A stretch of DNA of 64,000 bases from IMG/VR virus record IMGVR_UViG_3300026680_000001, positions 7,089-71,088 of that record. The stretch is one strand, 5' to 3'. The stretch's first letter is position 1, and each line of letters starts with the position of its first letter. A program made the translations under genes and the position numbers. Below the pieces are notes generated by a model. That model worked only from the letters and a program-made list of their open reading frames with translations. It was not told the origin of the DNA and searched no databases. The DNA comes from a virus. Positions 26,874 through 36,821 of this stretch are shown here, piece after piece.

Positions 26874-26921
26874 GCCCGGTCCCGTGAGGGACGTGACGTT
26901 GGGGACCGAATCCTCGACCGG
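26874..26921 (+). repeat. structured element copy 3 (CCCGGT/ACCGGG closing stem; CCC-GTGA-GGG; linker CGTGACGTT; GGGGA-CCGAA-TCCTC)
   Basis: Begins 8 nt after stop of DUF932-like gene. Confidence 0.6.
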
Positions 26922-26964
26922 GCACTTCCAACGAAATGACCATTACTTGAGTGGAGCCAGACCT

Positions 26965-27111
26965 ATGGCCGACTGCCCGAACCATGACAGCGGGAATCAC
27001 GACGACAATGGGGACCAGGAGCAACGGGGGGACAAGCTGTTCACGAAATGCACCTGCGGCGCCACTGTCTCCGTCGACGACGTGACCATCGACTACGACG
27101 ACCAGGCTTAA
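26965..27111 (+). CDS. small acidic Cys/His-containing protein
   Basis: ATG 26965 with GGAG RBS 8 nt upstream; 48 aa. Confidence 0.3.
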   Translation: MADCPNHDSGNHDDNGDQEQRGDKLFTKCTCGATVSVDDVTIDYDDQA

Positions 27112-27194
27112 CATGAAAGGAGCGTGGGGGTTCGCGAACTTCAACGTCGACCGGATCGTCAGATTGGCGGCTGATACCGACGCGCTCAGGAGCG

Positions 27195-27725
27195 GTGGCG
27201 AGGTCAATGACACATGACTGGCGACAGCAAATCACCGAACTGGCGCGGCAACTAGCCGAGTTCGCGCGAACGAAAGATCCCGCGGCACGCGTCGCCCAGG
27301 CACCGGGCCTTACCCTTGACTGCCAGGCCGTGCTGGCCCAGGCCAGGGCCGCGAGCCTGGCTGAGCTGGTCGACCGGGGGATGACCCTAGCCCAGGCCGC
27401 CGAGACAGCAGGCCTCACCCCCGAACGTGCCGACCAACTGATCCGCCGACTGTTCATCGCTTACGGTGGGGCTGGTCGCCGGATCTCTCCCGAGGTCCGG
27501 GGTGACCTGCTCGACCTGTTCGAGCGGGCTGGCGTGCTCGACCCCGATGGCCGGGACCGGGTGGCCACGGCATTGCTCGGCCGTCCGGTCGAGAGCGCCG
27601 TTACCACGATCTCATTGGATGAAGGCCGACTTCTTCGTGACCGGCTACGGGCCATGTCCGCAAGCAACGACTACGCAATAGTGGTCGCGGAACTTATCAA
27701 ACAAGGGAAGGATCAGACATCATGA
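27195..27725 (+). CDS. putative HTH DNA-binding protein
   Basis: GMTLAQAAETAGLTPERADQLIRR helix-turn-helix-like segment; stop overlaps next start. Confidence 0.4.
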   Translation: MARSMTHDWRQQITELARQLAEFARTKDPAARVAQAPGLTLDCQAVLAQARAASLAELVDRGMTLAQAAETAGLTPERADQLIRRLFIAYGGAGRRISPEVRGDLLDLFERAGVLDPDGRDRVATALLGRPVESAVTTISLDEGRLLRDRLRAMSASNDYAIVVAELIKQGKDQTS

Positions 27726-28183
27726 CACACGCAACCACTACGGCACCGGTAGAGTCCCAGTACGAGGAGAGATTCGTCAGGGTCATCGTCGCCTCGTTCG
27801 GATTCCTTCATGGCCCGCCGCCTGAGGGCCAACACCTGGTCGTCGACGTACGCACAATACTGTGTGACCCACACGTCGACCCCAGGATGCGGGAACTGAC
27901 CGGGCTCAATCTCATCGTTCGGCGACATGTACTGAACACACCCGGTGCGTCAACGCTGGTCGCCAACCTAGTCCCCGTGGTCCTCGGGATCGCAGCCATT
28001 ATCAGCACGCCCAGCCCACAATGGGAGGTTACGAAAATCGCCATCGGGTGCGCGGGTGGTCGCCACCGGTCTGTCGTCCTAGCGAACGAACTCACACAGC
28101 GGCTGATCGACGGTGGCATCGGTGCCGAGGTCAGTCATCGAGATATCCAGCAGCCCGTCATCGACCGTGTGACCGAAGAGTAA
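27722..28183 (+). CDS. RapZ C-terminal-domain-like protein
   Basis: SFGFLHGPPP, VVDVRTILCDPH, RELTGLN segments resemble RapZ C-terminal RNA-binding domain motifs (SFGFKYG / DVRFLPNPH / LTG). Confidence 0.45.
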   Translation: MTHATTTAPVESQYEERFVRVIVASFGFLHGPPPEGQHLVVDVRTILCDPHVDPRMRELTGLNLIVRRHVLNTPGASTLVANLVPVVLGIAAIISTPSPQWEVTKIAIGCAGGRHRSVVLANELTQRLIDGGIGAEVSHRDIQQPVIDRVTEE

Positions 28184-28185
28184 CC

Positions 28186-28872
28186 ATGAACGGACCAACG
28201 CTGGCCGAGCGTGAGAAGGCACTGTTCGAGGACCTGGACATGTTGGCGCAGGCCCTCGACCCGGACAACTGTGAACGGCTCGCCGAGTGCCTGCGCCGAG
28301 CACGACATGACGATATGGGCAACGTGATCCGCCGCTGGCGTGAGGCGCAGGGTCTAACCACTCAACGACGCTCTATGAAGCCCGGACCTTATTGCAACCG
28401 GCACTGCCGATGCTTCGTCCCCGGTGGGCGGGCAGCACACCTAGTCGTGATCGACATAGATGGTATCGCGGACCGGGCAGCGCTGTGTGGAGCGCGAGCC
28501 CAGCTTGGGCGAGTCACCGAGGCTGAACGACGCTTCGTCGCTACGCTCCCGATCTGCCAGGAATGCGAACACCGACACTGGATGGTCCATCGGGACGGTG
28601 TCCAGTCCGCGAGGCCTCGGGGGGCCGAGGAGTGTGGTCACCACGGCCGGCGCTACACCCATGGCGGGCGGGTCGCTCATTTACTCGACGTGCACTCCTA
28701 CACGTTCTCGGCCACCGCGCTGTGCGGTCAGGACACGGGCATGCTCAGCATATCCGGGTGGCTCGGGACCGGCTCGCAGCGGGAGTACGAGCGAGCCGAG
28801 GCATTACCACTGTGCCGCGCCTGCGAACGTCGACATGTCCGTGAGCACCCACTACCGGAGATGGCCGGCTGA
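28186..28872 (+). CDS. Cys/His-rich putative zinc-binding protein
   Basis: ATG 28186 just after upstream stop; PICQECEHRH and PLCRACERRH repeats. Confidence 0.4.
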   Translation: MNGPTLAEREKALFEDLDMLAQALDPDNCERLAECLRRARHDDMGNVIRRWREAQGLTTQRRSMKPGPYCNRHCRCFVPGGRAAHLVVIDIDGIADRAALCGARAQLGRVTEAERRFVATLPICQECEHRHWMVHRDGVQSARPRGAEECGHHGRRYTHGGRVAHLLDVHSYTFSATALCGQDTGMLSISGWLGTGSQREYERAEALPLCRACERRHVREHPLPEMAG

Positions 28873-29111
28873 TGCCTGTGCTCGCCGTTTCAATCCATGC
28901 GGCACGCTGGGACCTCGTCGACGCGATGCGTGCCGCGGGTGTGGACACCGCGCTACTCGATGCATACGACGAGGTCCGTGCCCATGAAGATGACGTGGAC
29001 AGCATGATTGAGGCCGCCTGCGAGCGAGGTTACGAGGAGGGGTTCGCAGCTGGTGAAAGGGCCGCCAAAGCGGCCATGCGCAAGAAAGCGAAAACAGGAG
29101 TCAAACCATGA
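28872..29111 (+). CDS. hypothetical protein
   Basis: 79-aa ORF, overlapping stop/start on both sides. Confidence 0.35.
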   Translation: MPVLAVSIHAARWDLVDAMRAAGVDTALLDAYDEVRAHEDDVDSMIEAACERGYEEGFAAGERAAKAAMRKKAKTGVKP

Positions 29112-29494
29112 CGAATCAGCACGACAGCAAGGAGCTAGTCAACCTTGACCAGCTCGACGGCGTCCGTGATCTTTGCGTCGGGGTGGTCGCCAGTGCGCCG
29201 TTCTGGCATTACGGACTCAGTACACAGCACGTGGACGTGAGCCGGGAGACCATCCAGCTCCGGACCGCTTCCTATGGTAGGTCCTACCCAGCACAGGAAG
29301 TTCGGGAGCGGGTCTGTGAAATGATCCGCCTGACGGTCGTCGAGCTGGACGTTGTGATCAAAGAGCTGACCCGTCACCGTGACCGACTGATCGACCAAGT
29401 CCTGAAACAGGGTCAGCGCGAGGACTGGGTCACCCACGATCCCACACTCGGACCTGACGATCGCCCGACCTGTCGTCGGAAGATTGACTCATGA
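29108..29494 (+). CDS. hypothetical protein
   Basis: 128-aa ORF with overlapping stop/start coupling. Confidence 0.35.
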   Translation: MTNQHDSKELVNLDQLDGVRDLCVGVVASAPFWHYGLSTQHVDVSRETIQLRTASYGRSYPAQEVRERVCEMIRLTVVELDVVIKELTRHRDRLIDQVLKQGQREDWVTHDPTLGPDDRPTCRRKIDS

Positions 29495-30234
29495 ACATAT
29501 GCTACCGGGTGATGATCGTACTGGTCACCACCTTCGCTTGGGTGATCCCCGGCTGCAACGCGGGCCAGTACACCTCCGAACCGGTCCCGACCCCCGGCGA
29601 CCAGCAGGTCACCACCGTTCCGCCCTACGCGGTACCAGCCGGGACCTTGCCGCGTGACGACGCATTATCTGCGCTCAACGGCCTGGTGATCGCCCCGGAG
29701 GGAACTCAGGCTGGCTATGACCGGGATTGCGGGTCTGGCCATGCCTGTTCGTTCGGCCCGGCATGGTCCGACGATGTGCGGGTGGCCGGCGGGCATAACG
29801 GGTGCCGGACCCGCGATGACATCCTGCGCCGGGACCTGACCGACGTGCGATCACCCGATGGGTGTGTGGTCACGGCGGGGGAGCTGCTGGACCCCTACAC
29901 TGGGCAGACCATCGCCTACCAGCGCGGCGAGTCGGACGTGGACATCGACCACGTGGTAGCCCTGGCACAGGCGTGGCGCTCGGGTGCGGCCGGATGGGAC
30001 CCGGACCAGCGCCGGGACCTGGCCAACGACCCCCGTAACCTGCTCGCCGTCGAGGCCGGCGTCAACCGGAGCAAGGGCGACGACGACGCCGGCCAATGGT
30101 TGCCGCCCAACGCGGAGTACCGCTGTACTTATGCGCTGATCGTCACCACGGTCAAGGCCCTGTACAGGTTGACCGTGGACGCCCAAGAAATGTCGATGCT
30201 AAGGAGTGAGGTGGAGACGTGTCCAAGAGGTTAA
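29491..30234 (+). CDS. secreted lipoprotein with DUF1524/HNH-like nuclease domain
   Basis: N-terminal signal plus lipobox-like VIPGC; DIDHVVALAQAW...NLLAVEAGVNRSKGD motif typical of DUF1524 (GmrSD C-terminal-like) nucleases. Confidence 0.55.
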   Translation: MNICYRVMIVLVTTFAWVIPGCNAGQYTSEPVPTPGDQQVTTVPPYAVPAGTLPRDDALSALNGLVIAPEGTQAGYDRDCGSGHACSFGPAWSDDVRVAGGHNGCRTRDDILRRDLTDVRSPDGCVVTAGELLDPYTGQTIAYQRGESDVDIDHVVALAQAWRSGAAGWDPDQRRDLANDPRNLLAVEAGVNRSKGDDDAGQWLPPNAEYRCTYALIVTTVKALYRLTVDAQEMSMLRSEVETCPRG

Positions 30235-30581
30235 TCGATGACCAGGGAAGGCTCACGGACGAAGGCCGTCGACGATGGGAAACGCCACGTGAACAACCAC
30301 CGCCGACCCCGAGTAGCGGGCCGTGCATCCAAGACCTCGTGATCGAGGACATCCGCGAGCGGACCCGGCTGGGTATCGAACGGTACGGGACGGTGCTCCG
30401 GCCACACAATGGCCGGGACGCACTCCGTGATGCGTATGAGGAGGCCATGGACCTAGTGATCTACCTCCGCCAGGTCATCGCCGAGTTCGGCGACACCGAG
30501 GGGCTCCAGGTCCGGCTCCGTGGCTGGTGCGAACACTGCGGTCAGGAGTCCACACCGGCCCCGGTGATGGACAATGGCTGA
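30219..30581 (+). CDS. hypothetical protein
   Basis: 120-aa ORF overlapping previous gene end. Confidence 0.35.
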   Translation: MSKRLIDDQGRLTDEGRRRWETPREQPPPTPSSGPCIQDLVIEDIRERTRLGIERYGTVLRPHNGRDALRDAYEEAMDLVIYLRQVIAEFGDTEGLQVRLRGWCEHCGQESTPAPVMDNG

Positions 30582-30704
30582 GCGGCTGTTTCACACCATG
30601 GAAGCCAGCGCAATATTCACCCTCACCGTTGTCCATGGCACCGTCGAAGGTGACCGGTACTGGTACTTCGGATCGCTGAACGCACAAAGGGCGGTGACAA
30701 AGTA

Positions 30705-31415
30705 ATGCAATACCTGGGTGGTAAGGCCAGGGCGGGACTTTGGGTGGCCAAAGCACTACTTGCGGACACCCCGAGACGGAGTACGTACCTGGAACCATTT
30801 GTCGGGGCTGGTTGGGTTTTGTGGCGGGTCGCCCCTGGTTTCCGGCGCGTGGAGGCAGGTGACTACCATCAGGACCTTTGTCTGCTCTGGGATGCCATTC
30901 TGAACGGATGGGAGCCACCTCAGGAGGTCACACGAGCAGAATACACGCAACTCCGCGACGCCGAACCAAGCGCCCTTCGGGCCTTCGCTGGTTTCGGCCT
31001 GTCCTTTGGGGGCAAGTGGTTCGGTGGATACGCAAGCAATGATCGTGGTGACGACTACTGTAGGGCGGCCCGCAGAGGACTGCTCCGTAAGGCAACCGGC
31101 ATGGTCGGGGTAAAAGTTGAGCACCGTGATTACCGATCATGGTCACCAGGTTCGGACCACCTTGTCTACTGCGATCCGCCCTACCAAGGCACTACGCAGT
31201 ACCGAGGGGGCAATGTTGATGGATTTGACCACGACGAGTTCTGGGACGTGATGACCCGGTGGTCCACTTCAGGCGCTCAAGTGTACGTGTCCGAGTACAC
31301 AGCTCCTACGAACCTCGCGGAGGTGGTCTGGGAACAACCTGTAAAGGGGTCGCTGGAGCGACGGTCCAACAACCGGACTGTGATAGAACGCTTGTACCGG
31401 GTCACGTCGCACTAA
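30705..31415 (+). CDS. Dam-family N6-adenine DNA methyltransferase (D12 class)
   Basis: Motif I YLEPFVGAGWVLW and motif IV DPPY (VYCDPPYQG) in alpha-class order. Confidence 0.8.
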   Translation: MQYLGGKARAGLWVAKALLADTPRRSTYLEPFVGAGWVLWRVAPGFRRVEAGDYHQDLCLLWDAILNGWEPPQEVTRAEYTQLRDAEPSALRAFAGFGLSFGGKWFGGYASNDRGDDYCRAARRGLLRKATGMVGVKVEHRDYRSWSPGSDHLVYCDPPYQGTTQYRGGNVDGFDHDEFWDVMTRWSTSGAQVYVSEYTAPTNLAEVVWEQPVKGSLERRSNNRTVIERLYRVTSH

Positions 31416-31460
31416 GGAAACCCTTACCTTGCACCCCCGTCTTCCGTGTCCTGGAAATAG

Positions 31461-32261
31461 TCATAGCCCCTTAGACGCCAACCACTCGCGAGCCGCAGCC
31501 GCAAACAGCACATCCGGCGAGTCTGCCGGTTCTGGGGCGGGACGGTTCCACGGCGTGAACACGGTCACGTCACCGTCCTGCCCTAGCAACTGACCGTAGT
31601 CGTCCCAGCTCATCCAGAACCGGCCACCCACACCCCAACCTGGCCCCCACGAGTTCGAGAACCAAATACGCGAGTTCTCCACGTCCAGCTCGTCAGCCAC
31701 ATACTCGTGGCCACCGGCGATGTTCCCCGTTGGGGACACCCGACCACTCACGTCGGGTTCGAACATTGCCGTGTACCAGTACGTCCCGGTGATGAAGGGA
31801 GTAACGGTCAACGCCGCGAACGCGGCAGCCGTGCTGAATGTGTGTTGGTAGCCAGCGATTTCCCCGGACGACCTGAGCACCTTGGCAATCGTCAACCCAT
31901 CGGAGCCGGTGTCGGTGGGTGGGTACTCGCCGGGATAGGGGTCGATCTGTGTGGCATCACCATAGAGCCGTACCGCTCCGGCCTTGTCAAGTGAGTACCA
32001 GTGGTTGCCTCGCAACCACTCCCGGTAGAACCCACCCGTGGCAAGGCAGCCGATGCCGGCCGAGCCGGTGCAACTCCCCAGGCTACGGCCCGTGGTGGGG
32101 TCGACCTGATCAAACACGGGCACATGTCGTTCATGACGGATGGAGACCAGCGTCAACCCCTCGGTGGGGAACTCGTAGCGCCGGGACCGGTCGTCGTGGT
32201 TGATGTGCCGGCCGAGTCGTGGGTCGGTGGCAACGATGCGTTCACGGGTGATCAACGTCAC
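31461..32261 (-). CDS. papain-like (C1 family) cysteine peptidase-like protein
   Basis: GSCTGSAG candidate catalytic Cys; C-terminal GGHEYV...NSWGPGWGVGGRFWM matching the C1 His/Asn-Trp region. Confidence 0.55.
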   Translation of the reverse strand: MTLITRERIVATDPRLGRHINHDDRSRRYEFPTEGLTLVSIRHERHVPVFDQVDPTTGRSLGSCTGSAGIGCLATGGFYREWLRGNHWYSLDKAGAVRLYGDATQIDPYPGEYPPTDTGSDGLTIAKVLRSSGEIAGYQHTFSTAAAFAALTVTPFITGTYWYTAMFEPDVSGRVSPTGNIAGGHEYVADELDVENSRIWFSNSWGPGWGVGGRFWMSWDDYGQLLGQDGDVTVFTPWNRPAPEPADSPDVLFAAAAREWLASKGL

Positions 32262-32322
32262 TGTGGGTTCTCCTCACGGGGCTGGGTCATTCAGTGCTGG
32301 CAGCCGCTGGCGGCATCGGCTC

Positions 32323-32553
32323 TCACGAGCGTTCCGGTGTCCATCCAGTGACTTCACGGATCTGCTCGATCCGCTCCGCAGGCGTACACCTTGTCTCATA
32401 TTCACGCACCGTGTCAATCAGACCAAAGATGAACTCCTGATCGGCTTTGGTCATCTCGAACGGATTCACAATCACTGACAGAGTGACAGCACCGGCCTGC
32501 CCCACTGGAATGTGCTTACTAAAAAGGTGCTGAGTATCACTCATCGTAGTCAT
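32323..32553 (-). CDS. hypothetical protein
   Basis: 76-aa ORF, start overlaps next gene. Confidence 0.35.
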   Translation of the reverse strand: MTTMSDTQHLFSKHIPVGQAGAVTLSVIVNPFEMTKADQEFIFGLIDTVREYETRCTPAERIEQIREVTGWTPERS

Positions 32554-32792
32554 TCACTGTTCCGGCTTGGAAGTGTGTCCCTAGGCCGCTCGGGGCCGTG
32601 CCAGACGCCGTCCATCAGGCGAAGTGGACCCCGCAGTGTTTGTGGGTCACGGCACGCACCGTGATTGCCGAACCCCACCCGATGCGCGTCGAAGAGCGAA
32701 ACCCCACTAAAGGTTTGATGGCAGGCGGTGCAGTGAGCTGTGGCGAGCCCGGTCCACTGGGCCGGGCAGCGCCCGCATACGATCGTGGTCAT
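32550..32792 (-). CDS. FDXHR-family putative zinc-binding phage protein
   Basis: CGRCPAQW...CTACHQTFSGVSLFDAHR with the FDxHR signature; ATG chosen at 32792 (M46 of longer ORF). Confidence 0.5.
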   Translation of the reverse strand: MTTIVCGRCPAQWTGLATAHCTACHQTFSGVSLFDAHRVGFGNHGACRDPQTLRGPLRLMDGVWHGPERPRDTLPSRNSE

Positions 32793-32808
32793 TGGTTTTG
32801 CGCCGTCC

Positions 32809-33153
32809 TCAGTTTCGATACCGGGAGCGAAGTCGGGAGCCGAACCGAAGCACGTGCCCACTCCCGTCACATCGCCAGCAGAACCGGTGGTTGTGCCCGT
32901 CCCGTACCACCTTGCCATTGCCACCACACCACGAGCAGTCGGTACGTGGGTATAACATCACCGACGTAACGTAGGCCAGCGCCACCATGGCCACGCCAGC
33001 TATGTTGGCCAGCGCTACCGACCCCTGCCAGGCCCCTACGGTCACCCAGGCCATGATCCCTGCGATGGCAGGCCATGCCAGCTTGGTCACGGCTCGCAAG
33101 GTCAGGTACCCGATCGGGAAGACCAACAACGCCACAATGAGTCTCCAGTCCAC
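32809..33153 (-). CDS. membrane protein with C-terminal zinc ribbon (DCSWCGGNGK...FCWRCDGSG)
   Basis: GTG 33153 with GAGAGA upstream; two TM helices then CxxC...CxxC. Confidence 0.4.
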   Translation of the reverse strand: MDWRLIVALLVFPIGYLTLRAVTKLAWPAIAGIMAWVTVGAWQGSVALANIAGVAMVALAYVTSVMLYPRTDCSWCGGNGKVVRDGHNHRFCWRCDGSGHVLRFGSRLRSRYRN

Positions 33154-33158
33154 ATCGG

Positions 33159-33407
33159 CTAGTCTCTCACGGACCAGCGTCGGCGTCGTCTGCCGATGGC
33201 ATCCGTGGGGACCGGGTCCACGTCCGGGTCGTTGACGAGTCCGAGAGCCTGAAGCAAAAACCGAGCGTCCTCGACGGACCTGGCCCGCGAGCACACTGCT
33301 AGGGCCGCCCGTTGAGCCACGGCGGGGTCAACCTGGGCTAAGGCGGATGACAGGCCACGGCCGAGATCCAGGTCCTGGTACTTTCCCCCTCGCGCATCCA
33401 TGGTCAT
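33159..33407 (-). CDS. hypothetical protein
   Basis: 82-aa ORF, overlapping coupling. Confidence 0.35.
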   Translation of the reverse strand: MTMDARGGKYQDLDLGRGLSSALAQVDPAVAQRAALAVCSRARSVEDARFLLQALGLVNDPDVDPVPTDAIGRRRRRWSVRD

Positions 33408-34084
33408 CCGATATCCTGTTCATCTTCGTTAGCAACTGGCCACTTCACTACCGCAAGGCACGATTCATGCCTGGCCAGTCGGGGCACGTCCCAGCCAAGG
33501 TGTTGGGCGCCAATCGTGGCCAGGGCAAGCGCGTCGGCACAATCGGAACAGTCCAGCTCGATGAGTGGCCAAAGTCGGGCAACCGCAGCCGACACAGCGG
33601 CCTTGTCGCTCCGACCGGTACCGGTAGCCCATTTGGCCCGGGTAGCCGGCACGCAGGTGGCAACCCGGTCAACGGCCACCTTGTTGACCAGCTCCCACCA
33701 GAGGTACGCACGGTCCCAGGCGGAACCGCCCCGTGAGCCATGCGACGGGGCCTCGATCACGGTCAGAACCGGTAGTGTCTCCCCCATTGAATTGACCGCC
33801 AGGCCCCAACAGTTCGCTCCGTAGATCCACCCGGTTACCGATTGCATGATGAAACGCACGCGGGCAGCGCGGTCAATGAGGGTCTCGTTACGGCGCCCCT
33901 TGCGCCCGAAGTGGTTGACGAAGACAGTACCGTCCTTATAGATCCGAGCAACGCCCGTACCGGTAAGACTCGGATCAATGCCGAGCACGTAAGGTATTGG
34001 TTCATATGGTTCATGTGTGTCCATGTGCTCAGAGGTGTCACCACGGCTAAGGTTGGCCACGCCGTACTGTTCATCGACGGTCAT
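33404..34084 (-). CDS. RuvC-like Holliday junction resolvase
   Basis: VLGIDPSLTGTGVA N-terminal catalytic motif; ATG 34084 overlaps upstream stop (ATGA). Confidence 0.65.
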   Translation of the reverse strand: MTVDEQYGVANLSRGDTSEHMDTHEPYEPIPYVLGIDPSLTGTGVARIYKDGTVFVNHFGRKGRRNETLIDRAARVRFIMQSVTGWIYGANCWGLAVNSMGETLPVLTVIEAPSHGSRGGSAWDRAYLWWELVNKVAVDRVATCVPATRAKWATGTGRSDKAAVSAAVARLWPLIELDCSDCADALALATIGAQHLGWDVPRLARHESCLAVVKWPVANEDEQDIG

Positions 34085-35052
34085 CGAGCTACCTGCACCA
34101 ATGGCGTCACCGAACCCGCGGAACCCAAGCCACAGTCCGGCATCACCTGCGGTTTGACCTCTCGTACCACGGCCAAACACTCACGGGTCAGTGCCTCGGG
34201 GGTAAGGCCGACCTGCCTCGCCTGGGCTGCGGCTCGTTCCGCATTCGCCAGTTCAAGATCCTTGTTCGCCGCGGCGATTTCGGCATCCTTCTGCTTCTGC
34301 CGCAGCTCGGTATCCTTTTCCGCGGCGCGAATCGCCGTGTCCTTGTTCAACAAATCATTAACTTGGGTTTGCGCCTCGGTGGACAGGTACACCGCACCCA
34401 GCGTCACTGAGTCGAGGTCAATACCCTTCTCGTCCAGGGCGCGGCGGAGACGACTAGTCAGATCGTCGGTGATCACCTGCCGCTTAGACCCGTCCACAGC
34501 ATCGAACGGCGGTTGCTGACCAAAGGTGTACCCTGCCGCGTCGTCGGTGCTCCGGTTGACCAGATCGGTGTTGAGACGCTCGAACGACCCCCACCCGCGC
34601 CACAGCGTCTCGGCGTTGACCGCATCGATGCGGTACAGCACCGTGAGGTCGACGCAGCCAGTGGCGCCCGAGCGGAACTTGACAGGCACACAGTCGTACT
34701 CGCCCTTGTCGCCCCGGTCCCGGTCGGACTTCTGAATACGGGTAGGGAACGTGTCGACTCGTGTCCAGGGCAGGGTGATATGCCACCCAGAGGACAACGT
34801 CCCGGACCAACGGCCGAAGTTCGTGGCCACTCCGACGGAGTTGGCCGGCACGACAGTCACGGCGGACATCACCGGGAGCACGACGGCACCGAGGACCAGC
34901 CCGCTCGCAGCCACACGCCGGCAGAACCGGCCAATCGACGGAGCATCGGGATCGTCAGACTTGGCCGCTACCGGAACAAGCGCGCCTGCGATGGCACCAA
35001 CGGTGAGGCAAACAATGGCGATATACAGGATAAATGGCATTGTGTGGGTCAA
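34081..35052 (-). CDS. SPFH/band-7 domain membrane protein
   Basis: N-terminal TM anchor; ITLPWTRVDTFPTRIQ and following region typical of SPFH (HflK/C, prohibitin) fold; C-terminal coiled coil. Confidence 0.65.
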   Translation of the reverse strand: MTHTMPFILYIAIVCLTVGAIAGALVPVAAKSDDPDAPSIGRFCRRVAASGLVLGAVVLPVMSAVTVVPANSVGVATNFGRWSGTLSSGWHITLPWTRVDTFPTRIQKSDRDRGDKGEYDCVPVKFRSGATGCVDLTVLYRIDAVNAETLWRGWGSFERLNTDLVNRSTDDAAGYTFGQQPPFDAVDGSKRQVITDDLTSRLRRALDEKGIDLDSVTLGAVYLSTEAQTQVNDLLNKDTAIRAAEKDTELRQKQKDAEIAAANKDLELANAERAAAQARQVGLTPEALTRECLAVVREVKPQVMPDCGLGSAGSVTPLVQVAR

Positions 35053-35091
35053 CTTCCAATCTATGCCGATGATAAGTTATGGAGTGCACAT

Positions 35092-35451
35092 TTACGGCTT
35101 CCAGTCCTTCATCCAGGGATACACCTTTACCACCTCGACAACAATACCGTCATCGGTGACGGTGACCCCAGGAAATCGTTCTCCCAACCGGTTGTTGAGT
35201 TGGTCTGCCTGGACCGTCAGCTCATCAAGATAGTCCGACAGGCTCACGACCCCCGACCGGACGAGCAGCTCAGTCAGTGCGCTCACCTCGGCCCGGAGCA
35301 GAAGCGTGGCCTCACGATGATCCCGGACCGCGTCTGACTCTGGATCACCCTTGGCGCGAGTCCCGAGCTGCCAACCGGCTAGGATCGTTCGCCACTTCGC
35401 GAGCCGGTCCAATGCTCGGTCGGTCCGCTTGGCCCGTTCATCCTCACTCAT
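35092..35451 (-). CDS. hypothetical protein
   Basis: 119-aa ORF. Confidence 0.35.
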   Translation of the reverse strand: MSEDERAKRTDRALDRLAKWRTILAGWQLGTRAKGDPESDAVRDHREATLLLRAEVSALTELLVRSGVVSLSDYLDELTVQADQLNNRLGERFPGVTVTDDGIVVEVVKVYPWMKDWKP

Positions 35452-36218
35452 GACCCCATCACCTCCGCGTGGGCGTACGGACTGTGCGCGGTCTCCGGAG
35501 GCCCTGGTCGGATCTCGAAGTCCCCGAACGAGTTCGGCGCCACCTCGCGCAGCCGGCGCAGGACGTGCACGGCCAGCTCACGGATCTCGGCGTCGGCAGC
35601 CTCGGTGGCGCGGGCCGCGATGAAGTGGCGCCAGGCCCGGTAGTTCCCGGTGACCACAATCCGGGTAGCCGCCGCGTTGGGCAGTGCGGCCCTGGCCGCG
35701 CCAAGCCGGACCTTACGGGCACGACTACCCAAGACCCGCTGGATGCCCTCGTACTCGTTCGTGGCATCGTCGACGATCTGGCCAATGACCTGGCCACCCA
35801 TGAGATGCGTGTCCGCATACCGGTCGTGCATCTCAGGCGGTACAACGTAGTCACCGTCGTACGGCACGTACCGCTGCGACTCCTGGGAGAACGATAGGTG
35901 CCGGTGCCGGACCAGCTCGTGGGTCAACGCCCGCGACACGCCCGTGATGTAAAACGTGGCGCTGGCATGTTCAAGCACGGACAGGTGGCCCACCCGGACG
36001 ATGTGAGCGACGTAACCAGCGTTGCTGGCCGTCGCCGGGTTGGGCCGGTGCCAGGACCGGTAACAGGCCCGGCCTGCGAACTCGACGAGGTCATCTCCAC
36101 CATCGCTCTCAGACACCCAGGGATGGGTGTCTGAGGATTCGAGATCTGAAGCCCACATGAGACCATCGAAGGTCGTATGTGCGATAAGTGTGACGTTCAA
36201 CCGACGCTCTACACCCAT
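35448..36218 (-). CDS. thyX: flavin-dependent thymidylate synthase ThyX
   Basis: ThyX signature [14 protein letters not shown] (RHRx7-8S..RY); start taken at M33 ([11 protein letters not shown]). Confidence 0.8.
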   Translation of the reverse strand: MGVERRLNVTLIAHTTFDGLMWASDLESSDTHPWVSESDGGDDLVEFAGRACYRSWHRPNPATASNAGYVAHIVRVGHLSVLEHASATFYITGVSRALTHELVRHRHLSFSQESQRYVPYDGDYVVPPEMHDRYADTHLMGGQVIGQIVDDATNEYEGIQRVLGSRARKVRLGAARAALPNAAATRIVVTGNYRAWRHFIAARATEAADAEIRELAVHVLRRLREVAPNSFGDFEIRPGPPETAHSPYAHAEVMGS

Positions 36219-36234
36219 TGAGTTACTTCCTCTT

Positions 36235-36420
36235 TCAGTAATCGTACGCCCCACACGTACACGGCGTGTTACCACATCGGTCACAGATTCGTGCCTTGGC
36301 AATCTCAGTGTCAACTGTTGCAGTACAGGAACACTCGCTCACCTTGTTCCCGCACTTACCACACTTCGACTCGTGGTTACTGCCCATCACGCTTGACCCA
36401 CTCACTGGCCACCCAGACAT
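36235..36420 (-). CDS. small Cys-rich protein (CGKCGN...CSC...[11 protein letters not shown])
   Basis: 61-aa ORF overlapping 3' end of next gene; may be spurious. Confidence 0.25.
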   Translation of the reverse strand: MSGWPVSGSSVMGSNHESKCGKCGNKVSECSCTATVDTEIAKARICDRCGNTPCTCGAYDY

Positions 36421-36808
36421 CGTCGGGCGTGACCGGCACCTCGCCAGACGCGAAGTACAGGACGAACTCGTCCCACGTCATCCCCGTCCGGGACCCAGTG
36501 GTGCCCGTGAGGTACCACTGACCATTGGCCACCTTGATGGCTGCGTACGAGTACGCCCGGGCGTCGGGTGTGGACGAGAATCGCTTCTCAAACTTGACAA
36601 CGGTCCCCGCCGGGTATATGTCCGCACCGAACGAGTCGACGATGGCCAGCCGCCGTGCGACCTCGACATCCACGGACTGGGCTCGCACCTGCTCGGCTAC
36701 CTGAACGTTAATAGACCGCCGCACCGTTCGGTTTTCAGATCGTCTAGCGGCACGATCTGCGGCAATATCACACGGCCAGATTTCCGCATCCCACTCGAAG
36801 TCGCCCAT
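36377..36808 (-). CDS. hypothetical protein
   Basis: 143-aa ORF. Confidence 0.4.
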   Translation of the reverse strand: MGDFEWDAEIWPCDIAADRAARRSENRTVRRSINVQVAEQVRAQSVDVEVARRLAIVDSFGADIYPAGTVVKFEKRFSSTPDARAYSYAAIKVANGQWYLTGTTGSRTGMTWDEFVLYFASGEVPVTPDDVWVASEWVKRDGQ

Positions 36809-36821
36809 GACTCACTCCAAC

